From Oopsacas minuta (Eukaryota; Animalia; Porifera), in assembly GCA_024704765.1 (NCBI GenBank), contig JAKMXF010000309.1, forward strand, positions 62,001-126,000: a stretch of DNA of 64,000 nucleotides. The letters are read 5' to 3'. Made by a program: the position numbers and the translations under genes. Below, in pieces: positions 1-12,974 of this stretch. Below the pieces are notes generated by a model. The model was not told where the DNA came from. It worked only from the letters and a program-made list of their open reading frames with translations, and did not search any database. Each line of letters begins with the position of its first letter. Positions within the stretch are counted from its first letter, which is position 1.

Positions 1-537
1 AAGTGATATTTCAGCCTAAACATCTATGCCTCCAGCTTTTTCACTTATCTTTAGTATTCTAAGACTCTAACTTGTCTGAGCCAGGCACAAAGAAATATCC
101 CTGTATACCGTAAATGAGCCCTGGGGTCTTCCAGTTTCTTCAATCAATTCTAGGCATGCCCTTGGTGTATATTTCAAGAAATACGAGAGAATTCGTTCCA
201 ACGGCTAGCTATGGAATAGTTATCGCGTATGTACGTAGACTAGATTCATATTATGATAGTTAAAGTTTATTTCTATCATTTTGTCATATAATTAATCATA
301 ATAGGACATCTTTAGACTTATAATTCTAATTATATTATTCAAAAGGCCCCAATCAGTGTTTATGGGGATAGAAAATGACTCTGAGCATTCCCAGTTTGCG
401 AACTACATATTCTTGACAACATTTTCATTAAAACAACAATAACAATTTATAGATAGAGGCAAAGTTATAAATGAGAATCCAGATAGAGCATGCGTTCTTT
501 GCAATGAAGAACAAATAACAAGCAAATATACAGCATA

Positions 538-1662
538 TTAATTGTAGATACTTTTGTGGTATGTGTTAATAAGAGGTCTGATCATCTCATCATGGAAATT
601 CTGATTTTTATTGAGTCCCTTAAGACAAACGCGAATTCCTACGCAAAATGAGTACACAAAACTTGGTACAAAATTAAGCAATCCTGCAATTGTTATGATT
701 CCTTTAATGATATCATGGAGTTTTAAAAGCGAAGATGATTTAGTTGATGGTAGCTGTATACAGGCCTCCTCCGCACTGCTAAAAGGACATTCAGAACCAA
801 TCATCATATCAACAATATTGTGGAAAATAACCGACACGATTAGTAAAAGTGTCCCAACTTTTAGTAGCAAGTAAAATACCCGAAAAGTTAGATAATTATT
901 GTATTCAAATTTATACAGTATTCCATTTCCATGGCATTGTTGTATTTCTCTAACTCTTCCAATCAATACCAGTCCTAACTTTCTTCCATAACGAATAAGA
1001 ATGAACCAGTCAATTAGTATAATGAAATATGTAAATATTCTAAAACGATTAATGGGTTTATTGGCGAACAGCAAAATAATTAAGGAAGAAAATATCCCAT
1101 ATGTTAGCAAGGGTAGCTGTTTATTTGATTTCCGATTGAGATATCTGTTGGTTAGATAACGCATTAATGAAATAATTAGTAGTAGGGTTTTATGTACGAT
1201 TACCAGTGATACTAATTCTAGCCATAGTATTATTTGTTTAAGGTATACTATAATTTTGGTAACGTATGCTAATTCTGAGTTATTTTTCGTATTATTATAT
1301 CTTTTCAAGTCACTATCAAGTAAGCCAAATCCTAGTATGTAAGCCTGTAGTGTGATATAGGTGATCTCAGTAATACAAATCGCTAATAGAAATCTTTCCT
1401 TCACAAGAAATGTAATTTCATTATATATTTTCCATTTCTGTCTTTCTTCCTCTTCAAAACTCATTCGAATATCTCTTTTCAATTGTTTGAGTGTTCTCAA
1501 TCGATTCTTGATTTTCAAAGACAATGTAATTATCCAAAATGAATATAGGGCGATTATTGATATATAAACTATTATACCAATAGTGAATTCACAATACGAC
1601 TGGGTATCATGGAACACAAAATCCCAAAATGAAGTTCTGTTTGTTTCATGACTAGTATTCAT
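538..1662 (-). CDS. Orphan intronless 7-TM-like membrane protein, family copy 1 (~374 aa)
   Basis: ORF 538..1686 begins at GTG; the likely true ATG is at 1662 (MNTSHETNRTSFW), matching the paralogue starts. About seven hydrophobic segments; shares KERFLL.ICITE, LMRYLTNRYL, IDWFILIRYGRKLG and FHDEMIRPLI with four paralogues. Confidence 0.85.
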   Translation of the reverse strand: MNTSHETNRTSFWDFVFHDTQSYCEFTIGIIVYISIIALYSFWIITLSLKIKNRLRTLKQLKRDIRMSFEEEERQKWKIYNEITFLVKERFLLAICITEITYITLQAYILGFGLLDSDLKRYNNTKNNSELAYVTKIIVYLKQIILWLELVSLVIVHKTLLLIISLMRYLTNRYLNRKSNKQLPLLTYGIFSSLIILLFANKPINRFRIFTYFIILIDWFILIRYGRKLGLVLIGRVREIQQCHGNGILYKFEYNNYLTFRVFYLLLKVGTLLLIVSVIFHNIVDMMIGSECPFSSAEEACIQLPSTKSSSLLKLHDIIKGIITIAGLLNFVPSFVYSFCVGIRVCLKGLNKNQNFHDEMIRPLINTYHKSIYN

Positions 1663-1699
1663 TTCTAGATTGTATATTAATCGCACTTTTATATTGTTA

Positions 1700-2560
1700 C
1701 TGTGCTACATAACTAAATAATGTCGTATCATAAGAGAAAAGGGACTTTCTTTAACTCAGCATGTAAGTACAATTTACACCCATTTCTAAATATGCTGAAT
1801 AGGAGATTACATCACTCTAATATGTTACTTATCTTTTCCAAAACAGTTTAAATAGTGAGTAGAGGAGTTATCTTGTTATGCTAAGATCTCCACCAAATTG
1901 GATTACATGCTAGCTTTAATAGTAACTGTAGTTGGTCATATATTAGTCATGTATTAACTATATATGATTTTACAACAGAACTCATTGCTGTAATCCTATA
2001 TTTTCTATAAAGACATTTGACATAGAAGAATTTCTAACGATAAATTCTCAAATTTGCGAACGATTGTACTCTGTATTAAGTTCCCTGTCCTGAGGATCGG
2101 GACCTGGAGAGCCGCTATATTTATAAATCTGGAGCGAAAGATGGAGTGGGCTTCATTTTTTGACGACCGATCGAATTCAGCTTACTTGTTACCCCATTAT
2201 GCTCTTTTAGAGCAGGCTTCTAGGTATATTTTGAGATTTCAACTATTTGTTTACTGTATATTCATAAAAACAACAAATAATTTCGCATATGATAAACAAG
2301 ATAAATACATTGTTATGCGACATCTCACAATTGTGAAATTCGGATTCAATACAACATTTCATAATCCTTTCCTTAACAACGGACAAACAGACACACAAAA
2401 ATAGCAAATTACAATATATATTAATTATCATTACTATAACTCTGTCATATCATAAGAGAAGGGACATTCTTTATCTCAGCATGTAAGTACAATCTTATCT
2501 CCACCTCTAAAATTTACTGATAAGGATATTACATCATTCTAATGATCTATTATTCTCTCC
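1700..2560 (+). repeat. Direct duplication of ~130 bp (1700-1830 and 2435-2560) upstream of 7-TM copy 1
   Basis: Both copies read tcataagagaa..ggac..tcttt..ctcagcatgtaagtacaat...ttacatca.tctaat. Confidence 0.7.
2225..2425 (+). mobile_element. Helitron/DINE-like non-autonomous element, 3' fragment
   Basis: Homologous to 33730-33980 and 13790-13935; ends aatcctttcctt.acaacggacaaaca... followed by aatatata. The superfamily assignment is inference. Confidence 0.5.
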
Positions 2561-4366
2561 CAAAACCATTTGAATCATGAAATTTAATCTTTTAACATCT
2601 TGGCTAAAACGAATTACATACTCTCTATTTATCTGATTGTCAATAAGGGCAGAAGTATATTGAATTGCCGATCAAATCGAGCATAGAAATTGTATGGCAA
2701 TAGATGAGGTCATAGGCGGATACAGGGGAATAGGGATGTATCCCGCATCAGGATAAATTTACTTGATATGAAATCATATTGGAATTAGAATATCATGTCA
2801 ATACACTGAAATATTGGCTATTCAAATTGAAATACCGAGTATTTTCGGCTCGCTTTGCACGCATCTCCACCTATATATCATGTTATATTATCCAAATTTC
2901 ACGGGTATACCTTGTAAAATCTAAGGATCGAAATTGCGTGAGCTAAAACGCTAGTATGTACAAGAATTATGAGCAAGACATGAATATTAATCAGTTGAAT
3001 AATTTCGGTATTTGAAGTTTCCTGACAGGAGGAAGCAACAAATGTTGTGATAAATATGGCTTTGTGTCTCTGGACCCCACTAGGAAGCTTATAGCGCCCT
3101 CTAGATCCCCAAATGGAGTTATCACCCGCCAGCAATTCCTGGATCCGTCAATGGATGATGATTCTGAAGATTGGTAGGGCCTAGGGGTAAAAAGAGTCGC
3201 AGTTTCTCAGCCTGTAGTCATAGTATATTGAAATGTCACCAAACTGTGGCCTACAGAGATATCTTACGTCATCCCTTGGTTGCTAGGGCGCTAAGCGACA
3301 GGATATACCATACTTCCCGAAATAAGCGCCGGGGGCTGAGAGTAGCTCCAAAACCTGTGAATAAAATTTATCACCACCCTCTAGAATAATATTTTGTTGA
3401 AACTTCCGCCATATTTGACCATGCTACAAATTAGGATAATTAGTTTCCTAAAGTCTATTGTATTTCTAATATTGACAAAATATTTAGAAGAAAAAAATGC
3501 CCACTCAGGGAAATACGATACCCGACACTACGTGCCTCGAAATTAAAAGTAGCTGAAATATTATGAATGCAGTATTCCTAATCCATCCCAAAATACTAAT
3601 GGTTTCCTGTGGAGGCACTGGAGTTGCTACGTATATGGAAATTTCCAATTTTTGTACAATCATGATGACGTAATAAATCCACGATGAGGATGTATTGGTG
3701 AAAATAGTGACACCTGGAGAGGGATCATATAAGGGGTACCTGTGATTTCAACTATCTAATATATCTATATTGGCTGAGCAGTGTCAAATAATGTGATTGA
3801 TTTTACGATAATCAAAAAGGTGACAATTACGTCATAATATCGTCATAGATATGAATTTTCTAGTATTATGTTCAATATATATTTGCATGTACTAAAATAC
3901 ATACGGGTATGATGATACGGTCTATATATTCCACGTTAAAACGATACATTTTCGTTGGTATAACCTAGTGCTTATACTTTCCACTCAAATTGGTCACGGT
4001 ACGCCATTGTAAATTAGTTTTTCCTGCTATTAGGGTGTCTTGGAACTATTACATGAGCCACAGAGATTTAGAAATTTACTACAAAATGTTAGCATTTTGT
4101 ATTGGATAATTAATATTATATTGAAAAATTCTTGTAAGAAATTTACTATAATATTTCTCATCGCAAAATTGTCTTACATAGAAAATTATGTTAAAATGAT
4201 ATATTCTCCTACCAAAGCAGATCCGATGTGAAAGTAGTATTTCTAATATGCTTTATGCTATCACTACTAGTTTAGTACTACAAATATGTTCGATTGGTTC
4301 ATCATATATATATGTACTTTGGTATCAGGATATATTTGTGTAATTATATTTATTTAAATCGAAACA

Positions 4367-5473
4367 ATGAATATAAGTTTTGAAACAAACAGAACTTCAT
4401 ATTGGAAATTTGTATTCTATGATTTCGGGTCGTATTGTGAATTCATTTTTATAGTATTAACTATTGGATCATTTATTGTGCTATACTTAATTTGGATAAT
4501 AGTACTGTCTCTGAAAATTCATACTCGATTAAGAAAGCTTAAACAACTCCAAACAGATAATCGATTGAGTTTTGAAGAGGAAGAAAAACTGAAATGGAAA
4601 ATATATAATGAACATACACTTCTTGTAAAGGAAAGGTTTCTACTAGTGATTTGTATTTCAGAAGGATGTTTTTTCGTGTTACAAGTTCTAATTATAGGCT
4701 ATATTAGAACTGAAAAAGCCTTGAGTATATTCGACAATGCGAACCAAGTATCAACATCCAATATAAATATAATGGAAGATATTAAATGTATTGTAATGCA
4801 ATTACTACAGGTGTTAATACACTGGATTATTCTACTAGTTATTGCATTGATGCGTTATCTAACCAACAGATATCTCATTCGGAAATCAAATAAACAGCTA
4901 CCCTTGCTAACATATGGGATAATTTCTTCCTTAATTATTTTGCTGTTCGCCAATAAACCCATTAATCATTTTAGAATATTTACATATTTCATTATACTGA
5001 TTGACTGGTTCATTCTTATTCGTTATGGAAGAAAGTTAGGACTGGTATTGATTGGAAGAGTTAGAGAAATACAACAATGCTATGGAAGCGGAAGGCTGTA
5101 TCAAATTGAATACAATAATTACCTATCTTTTCGGGTTTTCAACTTTCTACTCCAATTTGGGATACTTTTAGCCATCGTTCCAGTATTTCTCCGTATTATT
5201 GTTCGTATGATAGTGATACACATATGTCCCTCAAACTGTACGGATGTCTGTATTCACTTACCACCTACTATTTCATCTTTCCTTTCGATAAGTCCTCGTA
5301 TTACTGATGTAATGTCATTAATTGGTATAGTTATTACTATTACTCCCAAATTTGTGTACTCATTTTGCGTAGGAATTCGCGTTTGTATTAAGAGATTCAA
5401 TAGAAATCAGAGTTTCCATGATGAGATGATCAGACCTCTTATTGATAAATACCATAAAGATATTCTATATTAA
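4367..5473 (+). CDS. Orphan intronless 7-TM-like membrane protein, family copy 2 (368 aa)
   Basis: Intact ORF with the same family motifs as copy 1. Confidence 0.88.
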   Translation: MNISFETNRTSYWKFVFYDFGSYCEFIFIVLTIGSFIVLYLIWIIVLSLKIHTRLRKLKQLQTDNRLSFEEEEKLKWKIYNEHTLLVKERFLLVICISEGCFFVLQVLIIGYIRTEKALSIFDNANQVSTSNINIMEDIKCIVMQLLQVLIHWIILLVIALMRYLTNRYLIRKSNKQLPLLTYGIISSLIILLFANKPINHFRIFTYFIILIDWFILIRYGRKLGLVLIGRVREIQQCYGSGRLYQIEYNNYLSFRVFNFLLQFGILLAIVPVFLRIIVRMIVIHICPSNCTDVCIHLPPTISSFLSISPRITDVMSLIGIVITITPKFVYSFCVGIRVCIKRFNRNQSFHDEMIRPLIDKYHKDILY

Positions 5474-6534
5474 TAAACTGTATTTGTAAACTTTTTATCT
5501 ATAATATTTTATCTCATTTCTTTTCTGAGTGTTATTTGCTTGATTACTGTGGATATAATGAAGAAAATTGTTGTAACTCTAACTATCTGTAAAATTATGA
5601 AGGACAATAAAAGAAGTCTTATCCGAATTTTCAAATATGCAATATTAATAAATCCCAGATACTAACTCTTAACTGGTAATTAGAAATGTAGAATTCTTTG
5701 TTTGTCATTTAACATATACATATTTCTTAGTAGCGATTTTACATGTAACAGATATGCCCTCTCCATTCAAATGATATTAATTTACACATCCAACCTCCTA
5801 CGATTGGGTAATTACATAACTGTCAATTTTGTCCTCTACAGTAGTACTCAGTAACTCGACTTACCTATCGTTAGCAAAAAATGAGATTCTATTGCAATAC
5901 ACTACATGCTTACTTACATCAAAGTGAACGATTGATATCTAAATGTATATTCAAATTACCAAGGATGTAAAGAGCAATGCTGTTAACAGAATATGCTTGA
6001 TATCAATTGCAACTTTCAAATATGTATTTGACGGATAAGTATATATTTAACATGCTATACAATGTTTATAATATGTGAATCACTGTTTCCATACCTATTT
6101 GAAGGGAAAACAGCGATTCTAGAAAGTATCTTGATATTCGAAATAATAAGAATAAAATTGATTTTGAATGAGACAAGTCTTGGATGTTACCAGCAGCTAC
6201 TGTTATACACTCGTCCACATTTTGGACTACCTTGAAACTATTAGTTATACAAAGCAATAATACTCTATTTAAACTATTCAATGAAATGTTAGATAATCCA
6301 AAAACGAAGCAATAGAGTATTCTGGAGAGGTCATCGTGCGTTCAGAGATTTTTGAAACATGTGTCCTACAAGGCAATTACACAAGAATTATTGCATAGAT
6401 TCGATGCCAAAATGCGCCCTGGAAATTGGGAATCAGGATTAGGTGGTGAATTTTCAGACTGATGGGACTGTTAAAAATCTAAATAGTAAGTACGAAGACC
6501 GTGTAAGTCATATAGGGGGAAATAATTCTGAACT

Positions 6535-6988
6535 TCTGACAACATAACAATCGGTTGATTGTATTTTACATATTCAATGCTTCCTATAAAACTTGCAAAT
6601 TGTGGGTTAATTGTTAGACTATTGAAATGATTCAAGTCTCTTCTAAGTACAATGTAGAGTTGCAATATAAACTGTGACAAAATGCAACTAACCTCTGTAA
6701 TACAAATAATCATTAGAAAACTTTCCTTGGTAAGAAATGAGTTTCATTGTATAAGTCCCATTTCTGTTTCTCTTTCTCTTCACAAATCATTAAAATGTCT
6801 GTTTTGAGCTGTTTAAGTTTACTCTTTCGATTCTTCATCTTTAATCCCAATGTAATTATCCATGTTGTGTAGAGGATTAACATCAATGTGTAGCTTGTTA
6901 TATACCCTGATAAATTGAAATATGGCATATGACCATCAAATTCGCCCTCCAAAAATACCATTATGGGAGATTCTTGACTAATATTCAT
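6535..6988 (-). pseudogene. 7-TM family pseudogene, N-terminal half (frameshifted, truncated)
   Basis: ORFs 6713..6988 and 6471..6713 together give YTTWIITLGLKMKNR...KWDLYNET / IICITEVSCILSQ...IEYVKYNQPIVMLSE, matching copies 3 and 4, with a frameshift near 6713. Confidence 0.85.
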
Positions 6989-7415
6989 TCGATTAATGTA
7001 ATATATATAATTGTTATATTTCGTTGGAAATATTATACTTTTTCAAATTACCAAATCGTTAACATGAATAAGACTTTGGGAAGTGAAAGCTATTTGGAAT
7101 TTCTGAAATGGGATATCCTCTCCAGTTATATTTACATTTGTACTTCTAGAAACTAATCAAATCAGTGAAGTAATATGGCAATTATAGATTATAAACAATT
7201 GTGTAATCTTTAGCCAAAGTAATATAATTAAGTAAATTTTCCCAAAGTAAATGATCTAATCCCAAATATTCGACTACTTCCTTACAAGTGTTAAGAACGT
7301 ATGTGTATTTACTGACTTTAAAGTATTTGGTTTCGTATTGAATTTTTGCCAATAGTTTCGTTTCTGTTGTGACATTTAGATGTATATTGTTAAAGAGAGT
7401 TAGATGACGTAAACT
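6981..7415 (+). repeat. Inverted copy of the palindrome spacer at 12020-12455
   Basis: Reverse complement of 12020-12455, e.g. gggatatcctctccagttat and ttatagattataaacaattgtgtaatctttagccaaagt. Confidence 0.9.
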
Positions 7416-7424
7416 TGCAAGAAT

Positions 7425-7798
7425 CTGTATCAAATTGAATACAACAAATACCTATCTTTTCGGGTATTCAACATTCTATTTTGTTTAGGGTTACTGTTTG
7501 CGATAATAATTGGAATTTTTCGAATAGTTGTGGACATGTTAGCATACACATACCTTTGTAACAGTTTTGATTTGAAGGTACTATTTCTACAAAATTTTCT
7601 AGAATCTTGCTATATCTATTCAAGATTTTTGAATTTTTATCAGTAATTCCAGTATTGATTATGTTTACACCTTTTTAATTTACCCAATTTGTTTAATGAT
7701 TCTTGTTTGTGGTAAAACATTTCAAAAGAAAGCCGAATTTTCATGATGAGATGATCAGACCACTAATTGATTGCTATCATAGAGGTATTCTGTATTAA
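7425..7798 (+). pseudogene. 7-TM family pseudogene, C-terminal fragment (frameshifted)
   Basis: ctgtatcaaattgaatac...catgatgagatgatcagaccactaattgat...ctgtattaa matches the 3' third of copies 3/4 and their 3' flank, with several indels. Confidence 0.85.
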
Positions 7799-7899
7799 CC
7801 TGTATTTTATGTAAATGCTAATCGTTATCTGTGGGATTTACATAACATTACTAATCTATTGTATTATATTGTAATTGCTATATGTTTGCTTGTTCGTTA

Positions 7900-8240
7900 A
7901 TTGAATTTCAAAATCTGTATCTATGTTATTTATCTTATGATTGTCATATTTGAATATTTTTATACAATTTGCTAATAGTTCGAATGATAAAAACAATTTG
8001 GTTTGACAACAAAATATTGTGTTCATTGGTATGAAACATGTCTCAGAGCCTCAGCTGCACTACCAGTCTGATCGCTGTACATTTTTATCATTTTAGCCTA
8101 AAAGTAATGGTTGAAATAAACATATTTTGGTGTAGATTGTTACCTACCCACTAAATCTTTTTGATTGAAAGTCACATAGTTTACTCTGAGTTGATGTATA
8201 GTTATGCCTTGAGAAAATCACATAAGCTTGCTGCGTGCGA
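7900..8240 (+). repeat. Segment duplicated in inverted orientation at ~16140-16610
   Basis: catgtctcagag.ctcagctgcactaccagtctgatcgctgtacattt is the reverse complement of 16434-16480; similarity continues on both sides. Confidence 0.8.
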
Positions 8241-9364
8241 GTCCTTTTGATCTATCAAACGTTGTTCATTAAATATATCAAAAAGTTATATTTCACTAAT
8301 TTTAAGGTTTACGTGATACATTCTACATGATTTTCCTAACTATAATATACACTAATACTTTGTCATACCGTCTCAGGTTCTATTAAATTGATGTTACGAA
8401 TAAGAAAGTAAGATTTTGTGAAATACAATATCTTATCTAAACAGTTTAATGAGTCTATTATTTCTAGTTTTAGTGTACTGACTTCAGTGATTTGTTCTCG
8501 TTTATAATCTTTTTGTAAAATTCTGTCAGTTTTGTATGCTATCAGATATCCTTACACCAAAGTGAGCGTGAAATATATCAATAATTTGCAGATTATTTGA
8601 ATGGTATCAATTGCAAAAGTAAAGTCATAAATGAGCGAGACGAACATGTGTAAAGTTTGACTTGCGGAAATAGGTCATGAAATACATCAATCCACTAATG
8701 TAGCGGTGTAAAGACAACAATACAGATTCATTAATATTTGTTACAATGTCATTAATGTAAACCTAGTCCTATACAGCAAATTTATAATATAGAGAGCATG
8801 GCGTGCTAATGGGCGAATTTTGCAATTGTGCGAACTATTTACCATGCAAAACTGCACTCGATTTTAATTAGAATGTTGTTAATATGTGGATTTTGCTATT
8901 AGAAGAATTACTAATATGCAGTTTCCAATGAAATTTTCCATTCTCACTTTTGGTGAACTTTGTATAAGTAAAAATATCAGTTAATATGATCCTCAAATTA
9001 TAAGTATTCAAAACGCAGCGACAGTGAGAATGATTAGGATTACAAATCACAAATTCTCTAATCTCAATAGTAATATTATTTCGTAAGGAAACTACACCTA
9101 TGTTAGCACTGTATACAATATTATATTACTTCACTAAAGAACCACAGAATTTGCATGATGGAATATCTAATTATTTCACAAATACAAATATGATATATTC
9201 ATTCCATCATATCAATTAAACTATCCTGTATAGCTGTATTATGTAATAGTATGTCAGTAATGTACCAAATAAATATAAGGAAATGTATGTATGGGTATAG
9301 AATTATACACATATATATCTACCATTGAATTAGCTTGTGAAAACTTCACTAAATAAAAGAAAAT

Positions 9365-10489
9365 ATGAATTCTAGCCTTGATTCTTACAGAATTTCATTT
9401 TGGGAATATGAATTTAATGGTTCAAAGTCATATTTAGAGTTATCAATAGATATAATAATCTATACATTACTAATCATATCTTACACATTATGGGCAATTT
9501 CATTGTCTTTGAAAATCAAAAACCGAATAAGAAAACTTAACCAACTCAAAATAGCATTTCGAATGAGTTTTGAAGAAGAAGAGAAAAGAAAATGGAAATT
9601 ATACAATGAAAATACATTTCTTATCAAGGAAAGTTTTCTATTAATTATGTGTATTACAAACATTAGTTGTATTTTGTCAAATTCTATATTGCAACTATAT
9701 ACTATACTTCAAAGAGATTTGAAAACCTTCAATAATGTAACACTTAATCCAGAATTTGCATGTTTTATAGGAAGCATTGAATATGTAAAATACAGTCAGC
9801 CGATTATTATGTTGTCAGAAGGAATCACATGGATACTTTTACACATTTCTGGACTATTAGTTTGTGCCCTAATGCGATACTTAACAAATAGATATCTCTT
9901 ACGTAAATCAAATACACAACTACCATTAATAGCATATGGAGCATATTCTTCATTGGTGATTCTGCTATTTTTTAACAAATACACTTATTACTTTCACAGA
10001 TTTACATATATCATTTTCCTAATTGACTGGTTCATTCTTATTCGTTATGGAAGGAAGTTAGGACTGGTATTGATTGGAAGAGTTAGAGAAATACAACAAT
10101 GCTATGGAAGCGGAAGGCTGTATCAAATTGAATACAATAATTACCTATCTTTTCGGGTATTCAACTTTCTATTTTGTTTAGGGTTACTGTTTGTGATAAT
10201 AATTGGATTTTTTCGAGCAGTTCTGGACATGTTATCATACACATACCTTTGTAACAGTTTTGATTTGAAGGTACTATTTCCTGCGAAATTTTCCTCATTC
10301 ATATACCTTCTATACAGAATTTGTGATTTTTTATCAGTATTTCTACCAGTGATCACGTTTGCACCTATATTTATTTACTCAGGTTGTTTCATGATTCTTG
10401 TTTGTGTGAAAAAGTTCAAAAGAAAGCCGAATTTTCATGATGAGATGATCAGACCACTAATTGATCGCTATCATAGAGGTATTCTGTAG
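9365..10489 (+). CDS. Orphan intronless 7-TM-like membrane protein, family copy 3 (374 aa)
   Basis: Intact ORF with family motifs; closest to copy 4. Confidence 0.88.
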   Translation: MNSSLDSYRISFWEYEFNGSKSYLELSIDIIIYTLLIISYTLWAISLSLKIKNRIRKLNQLKIAFRMSFEEEEKRKWKLYNENTFLIKESFLLIMCITNISCILSNSILQLYTILQRDLKTFNNVTLNPEFACFIGSIEYVKYSQPIIMLSEGITWILLHISGLLVCALMRYLTNRYLLRKSNTQLPLIAYGAYSSLVILLFFNKYTYYFHRFTYIIFLIDWFILIRYGRKLGLVLIGRVREIQQCYGSGRLYQIEYNNYLSFRVFNFLFCLGLLFVIIIGFFRAVLDMLSYTYLCNSFDLKVLFPAKFSSFIYLLYRICDFLSVFLPVITFAPIFIYSGCFMILVCVKKFKRKPNFHDEMIRPLIDRYHRGIL

Positions 10490-10748
10490 TAACGTGTATT
10501 TTGCTGTAAATGCTAATCGTTATCTTTATGGATTACATAACATTACTATTCTATATTATGTAATTGTAATTGTTGTCTCTTTGTTTGTTAATTGCCTAGC
10601 CAAGGATTAATAGAATGTTGTTTCGAATTCGAATTTTTCTATTCTGGGTGTCGCATAACTATATACTAATGATTTATCGTGTTATCAAAGAAAAATTCAC
10701 CACATGTAAATGTATTTGTTGATTTCATGAATATAAAGTAAACAAATA

Positions 10749-11113
10749 TAGTCAAACCTGCCTAACGGCCACCTGCTCAACGCGGCCAGCGTTCTTCATT
10801 TTGCTCCCTCGCTGACGGTAAACCTGTCTGTGACGGCCACTACGTCGGTATAGCGGTCAATTCCTTTATCTAAGGGCCACTTTATATGGTGGTCGCTTCC
10901 CATAATGTCTACCATTGACAAGACCCTTGGGTGTTCATCATTAACTACTTCCACTGTACTATCTTTTATATCGATCACTTGTCTTAAAGACCGAGTTCTA
11001 TTTATCACTACCATTAACATAAAGTACTACCAAACTAGTGTATAACGATCAACCTCTCTATAACGGCCATTTTGGTTAGTCCCTTCGGTGGCCATTATAG
11101 ACAAGTTTGACTG
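10749..11113. mobile_element. Tc1/mariner-pogo-type MITE
   Basis: Imperfect TIRs (t)agtcaaacctgcctaacggccacc ... ggtggccattatagacaagtttgactg, flanked by TA, with internal TIR-like subrepeats. Confidence 0.75.
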
Positions 11114-11446
11114 TAGTTAAATATGTTAATTCATTTTGCAATTTTATACTTTAGAAATTCGAGGCACGAAGTGCCGAGTCCCATGCGAACACAAAGTGTT
11201 AGCAAGCGGCGGAGTCAGTATACATTTATATCAATTGCATATATATCTAGTTCATAAAGAATCAATAGATTTAGACTTAGTCATCAACTTCATTTATGTG
11301 GACACCATCCATCGTTTCCTGTTCATTCCTTCACTGATTGTAATTCTTTTCCTATCAATGAATAATTGTATATTTTGAAAGATTATATTTACATTAGAAA
11401 CATCATATGGAACTTTAGTGAAGTGGCCCCAAAAGGACAATTACCG

Positions 11447-11526
11447 AACTGGTTCTCAACCTGGGATCCGAACCCCATAAAATGGGCTAAAGAGGTCCGC
11501 AGGAGCAATAAGGCTGAGAACCAATG
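11447..11526. mobile_element. Short hAT-like MITE
   Basis: Termini actggttctcaac ... gctgagaaccaatg resemble CAGTGGTTCTCAA-type hAT TIRs; present only in the left palindrome arm. Confidence 0.5.
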
Positions 11527-12974
11527 ATTTACGGGATAAATATATTATTATCCCATAATATTGCAAGAATAAATTTTCGTTCCTACACGTATTTACACTT
11601 CAGGTTCAGGTCGGGTTCTGAAAAGTGGACCCGATTCCAACTCTACTGCGATACATACATTTCTTGACCATACTTTCGTGACATGGTACATGAATTGTAA
11701 ATAAGTAAATAATCACATCTTGAGTATGAACTAATAGTGGAAATCCATCAAATAGGAGCAAACACATTCATCAGTTACTATTGCACAGCTTGCAGAAGGA
11801 TCAGGGAAACCAAAAAGGGAAAAAATATACAATGTAAGCTACAAATATATTGAATGATGCACTAAAGATAGGATTGCCGTGGGAATGGGAATTGAATTCC
11901 GTTCTCACAGCAACCGTGAGTAAATAACAGATTTATTTAATACGCTATTATACTGGACCCAAAATTCGATGTTGCCGATTTTGTACACCTAAAATATTGT
12001 TACCAGATTTTCTAAAGCAAGTATGTATACGTTATCTAAGTCTCCTTGAAAATATACATCTAAATGTCACAACAGAGACGAAACTAGTTGCAAAATTCAA
12101 TACGTAATCAAAACTTTAAGTAAGTAAATACACATACGTTCTTAACACTTGTAAGGAAAATTGTCAAATAGTCAGGATTAGATCATTTACTTTAGGAAAA
12201 TCTACTTAATTATATTACTTTGGCTAAAGATTACACAATTGTTTATAATCTATAATTGCCATATTACTTCACTGATTTGATTAGTTTCTAGAAGTACAAA
12301 TGTAAAGATAACTGGAGAGGATATCCCATTTCAGAAATTCCAAATAGCTTTCACTTCCCAAATTCTTATTCATGTTAACGATTTGTAATTTTGAAAAAGT
12401 ATAATATTTCCAATGAAATATAACAATTATATATATTACATTAATCGAATGAATACTAGTCTTTAGAAGATCTGTTAACAATATTATAAGTGTACAAAAT
12501 CGGTAACATCGAATTCTGGGCCCAGTGTAATAGCGTATTCAATAAATCTGGTATTTAGTCACAATTGCCGTGAGAACGGAATTCAATTCCCTTTCCCACG
12601 GCAATCCTATCTTTAGTGCATCATTCAATATATTTTTCGCTTACATTGTATATTTTTTCCCTTTGGTTTCCCTGATCCTTCTGCAAGCTGTGCAATAATA
12701 ACTTATGAATGTGTTTGCTCATATTTGATGGATTTACACTACTAGTTCGTCTTAAGATGCGATTATTTACCCATTTATAATTCATGTACCATGTCACGAA
12801 ATGTAAGGTCAAAAAATGTATATATCGCAGGCTTTAGCCCTACTTGCAAGGGATCTTTAGCTACTGATAAGGAAAGAATTACAATTAGTTAGCGAATGAC
12901 CTGGAAACAATGAATGGTGTCCATATGAATGATGTTTATGACTAAGTCTAAATCTATTGATTCTTTATGAATTA

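Larger units (their letters stand above)
8820..12020. repeat. Left arm of large imperfect palindrome (partner 12460-15650)
   Basis: Colinear inverted similarity across promoter, gene, 3' flank, MITE and 11650-12020 (e.g. ttgcacagcttgcagaaggatcagggaaacc vs 12664-12694). Confidence 0.88.

Noticed and set aside
2700-3960. ORFs 2899..3135 and 3171..3389 in a more GC-rich patch
   Set aside because: No domain signal; probably decayed repeat sequence whose family I could not define.
5800-8760. Weakly coding-like minus-strand stretches at 6066-6281 and ~8340-8520
   Set aside because: No recognisable motif or splice structure; could be decayed exons but unsupported.
6929-12481. Similar short ORFs at 6929..7156 and 12281..12481
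   Set aside because: They fall in the duplicated spacer segment, have different starts and show no protein features.
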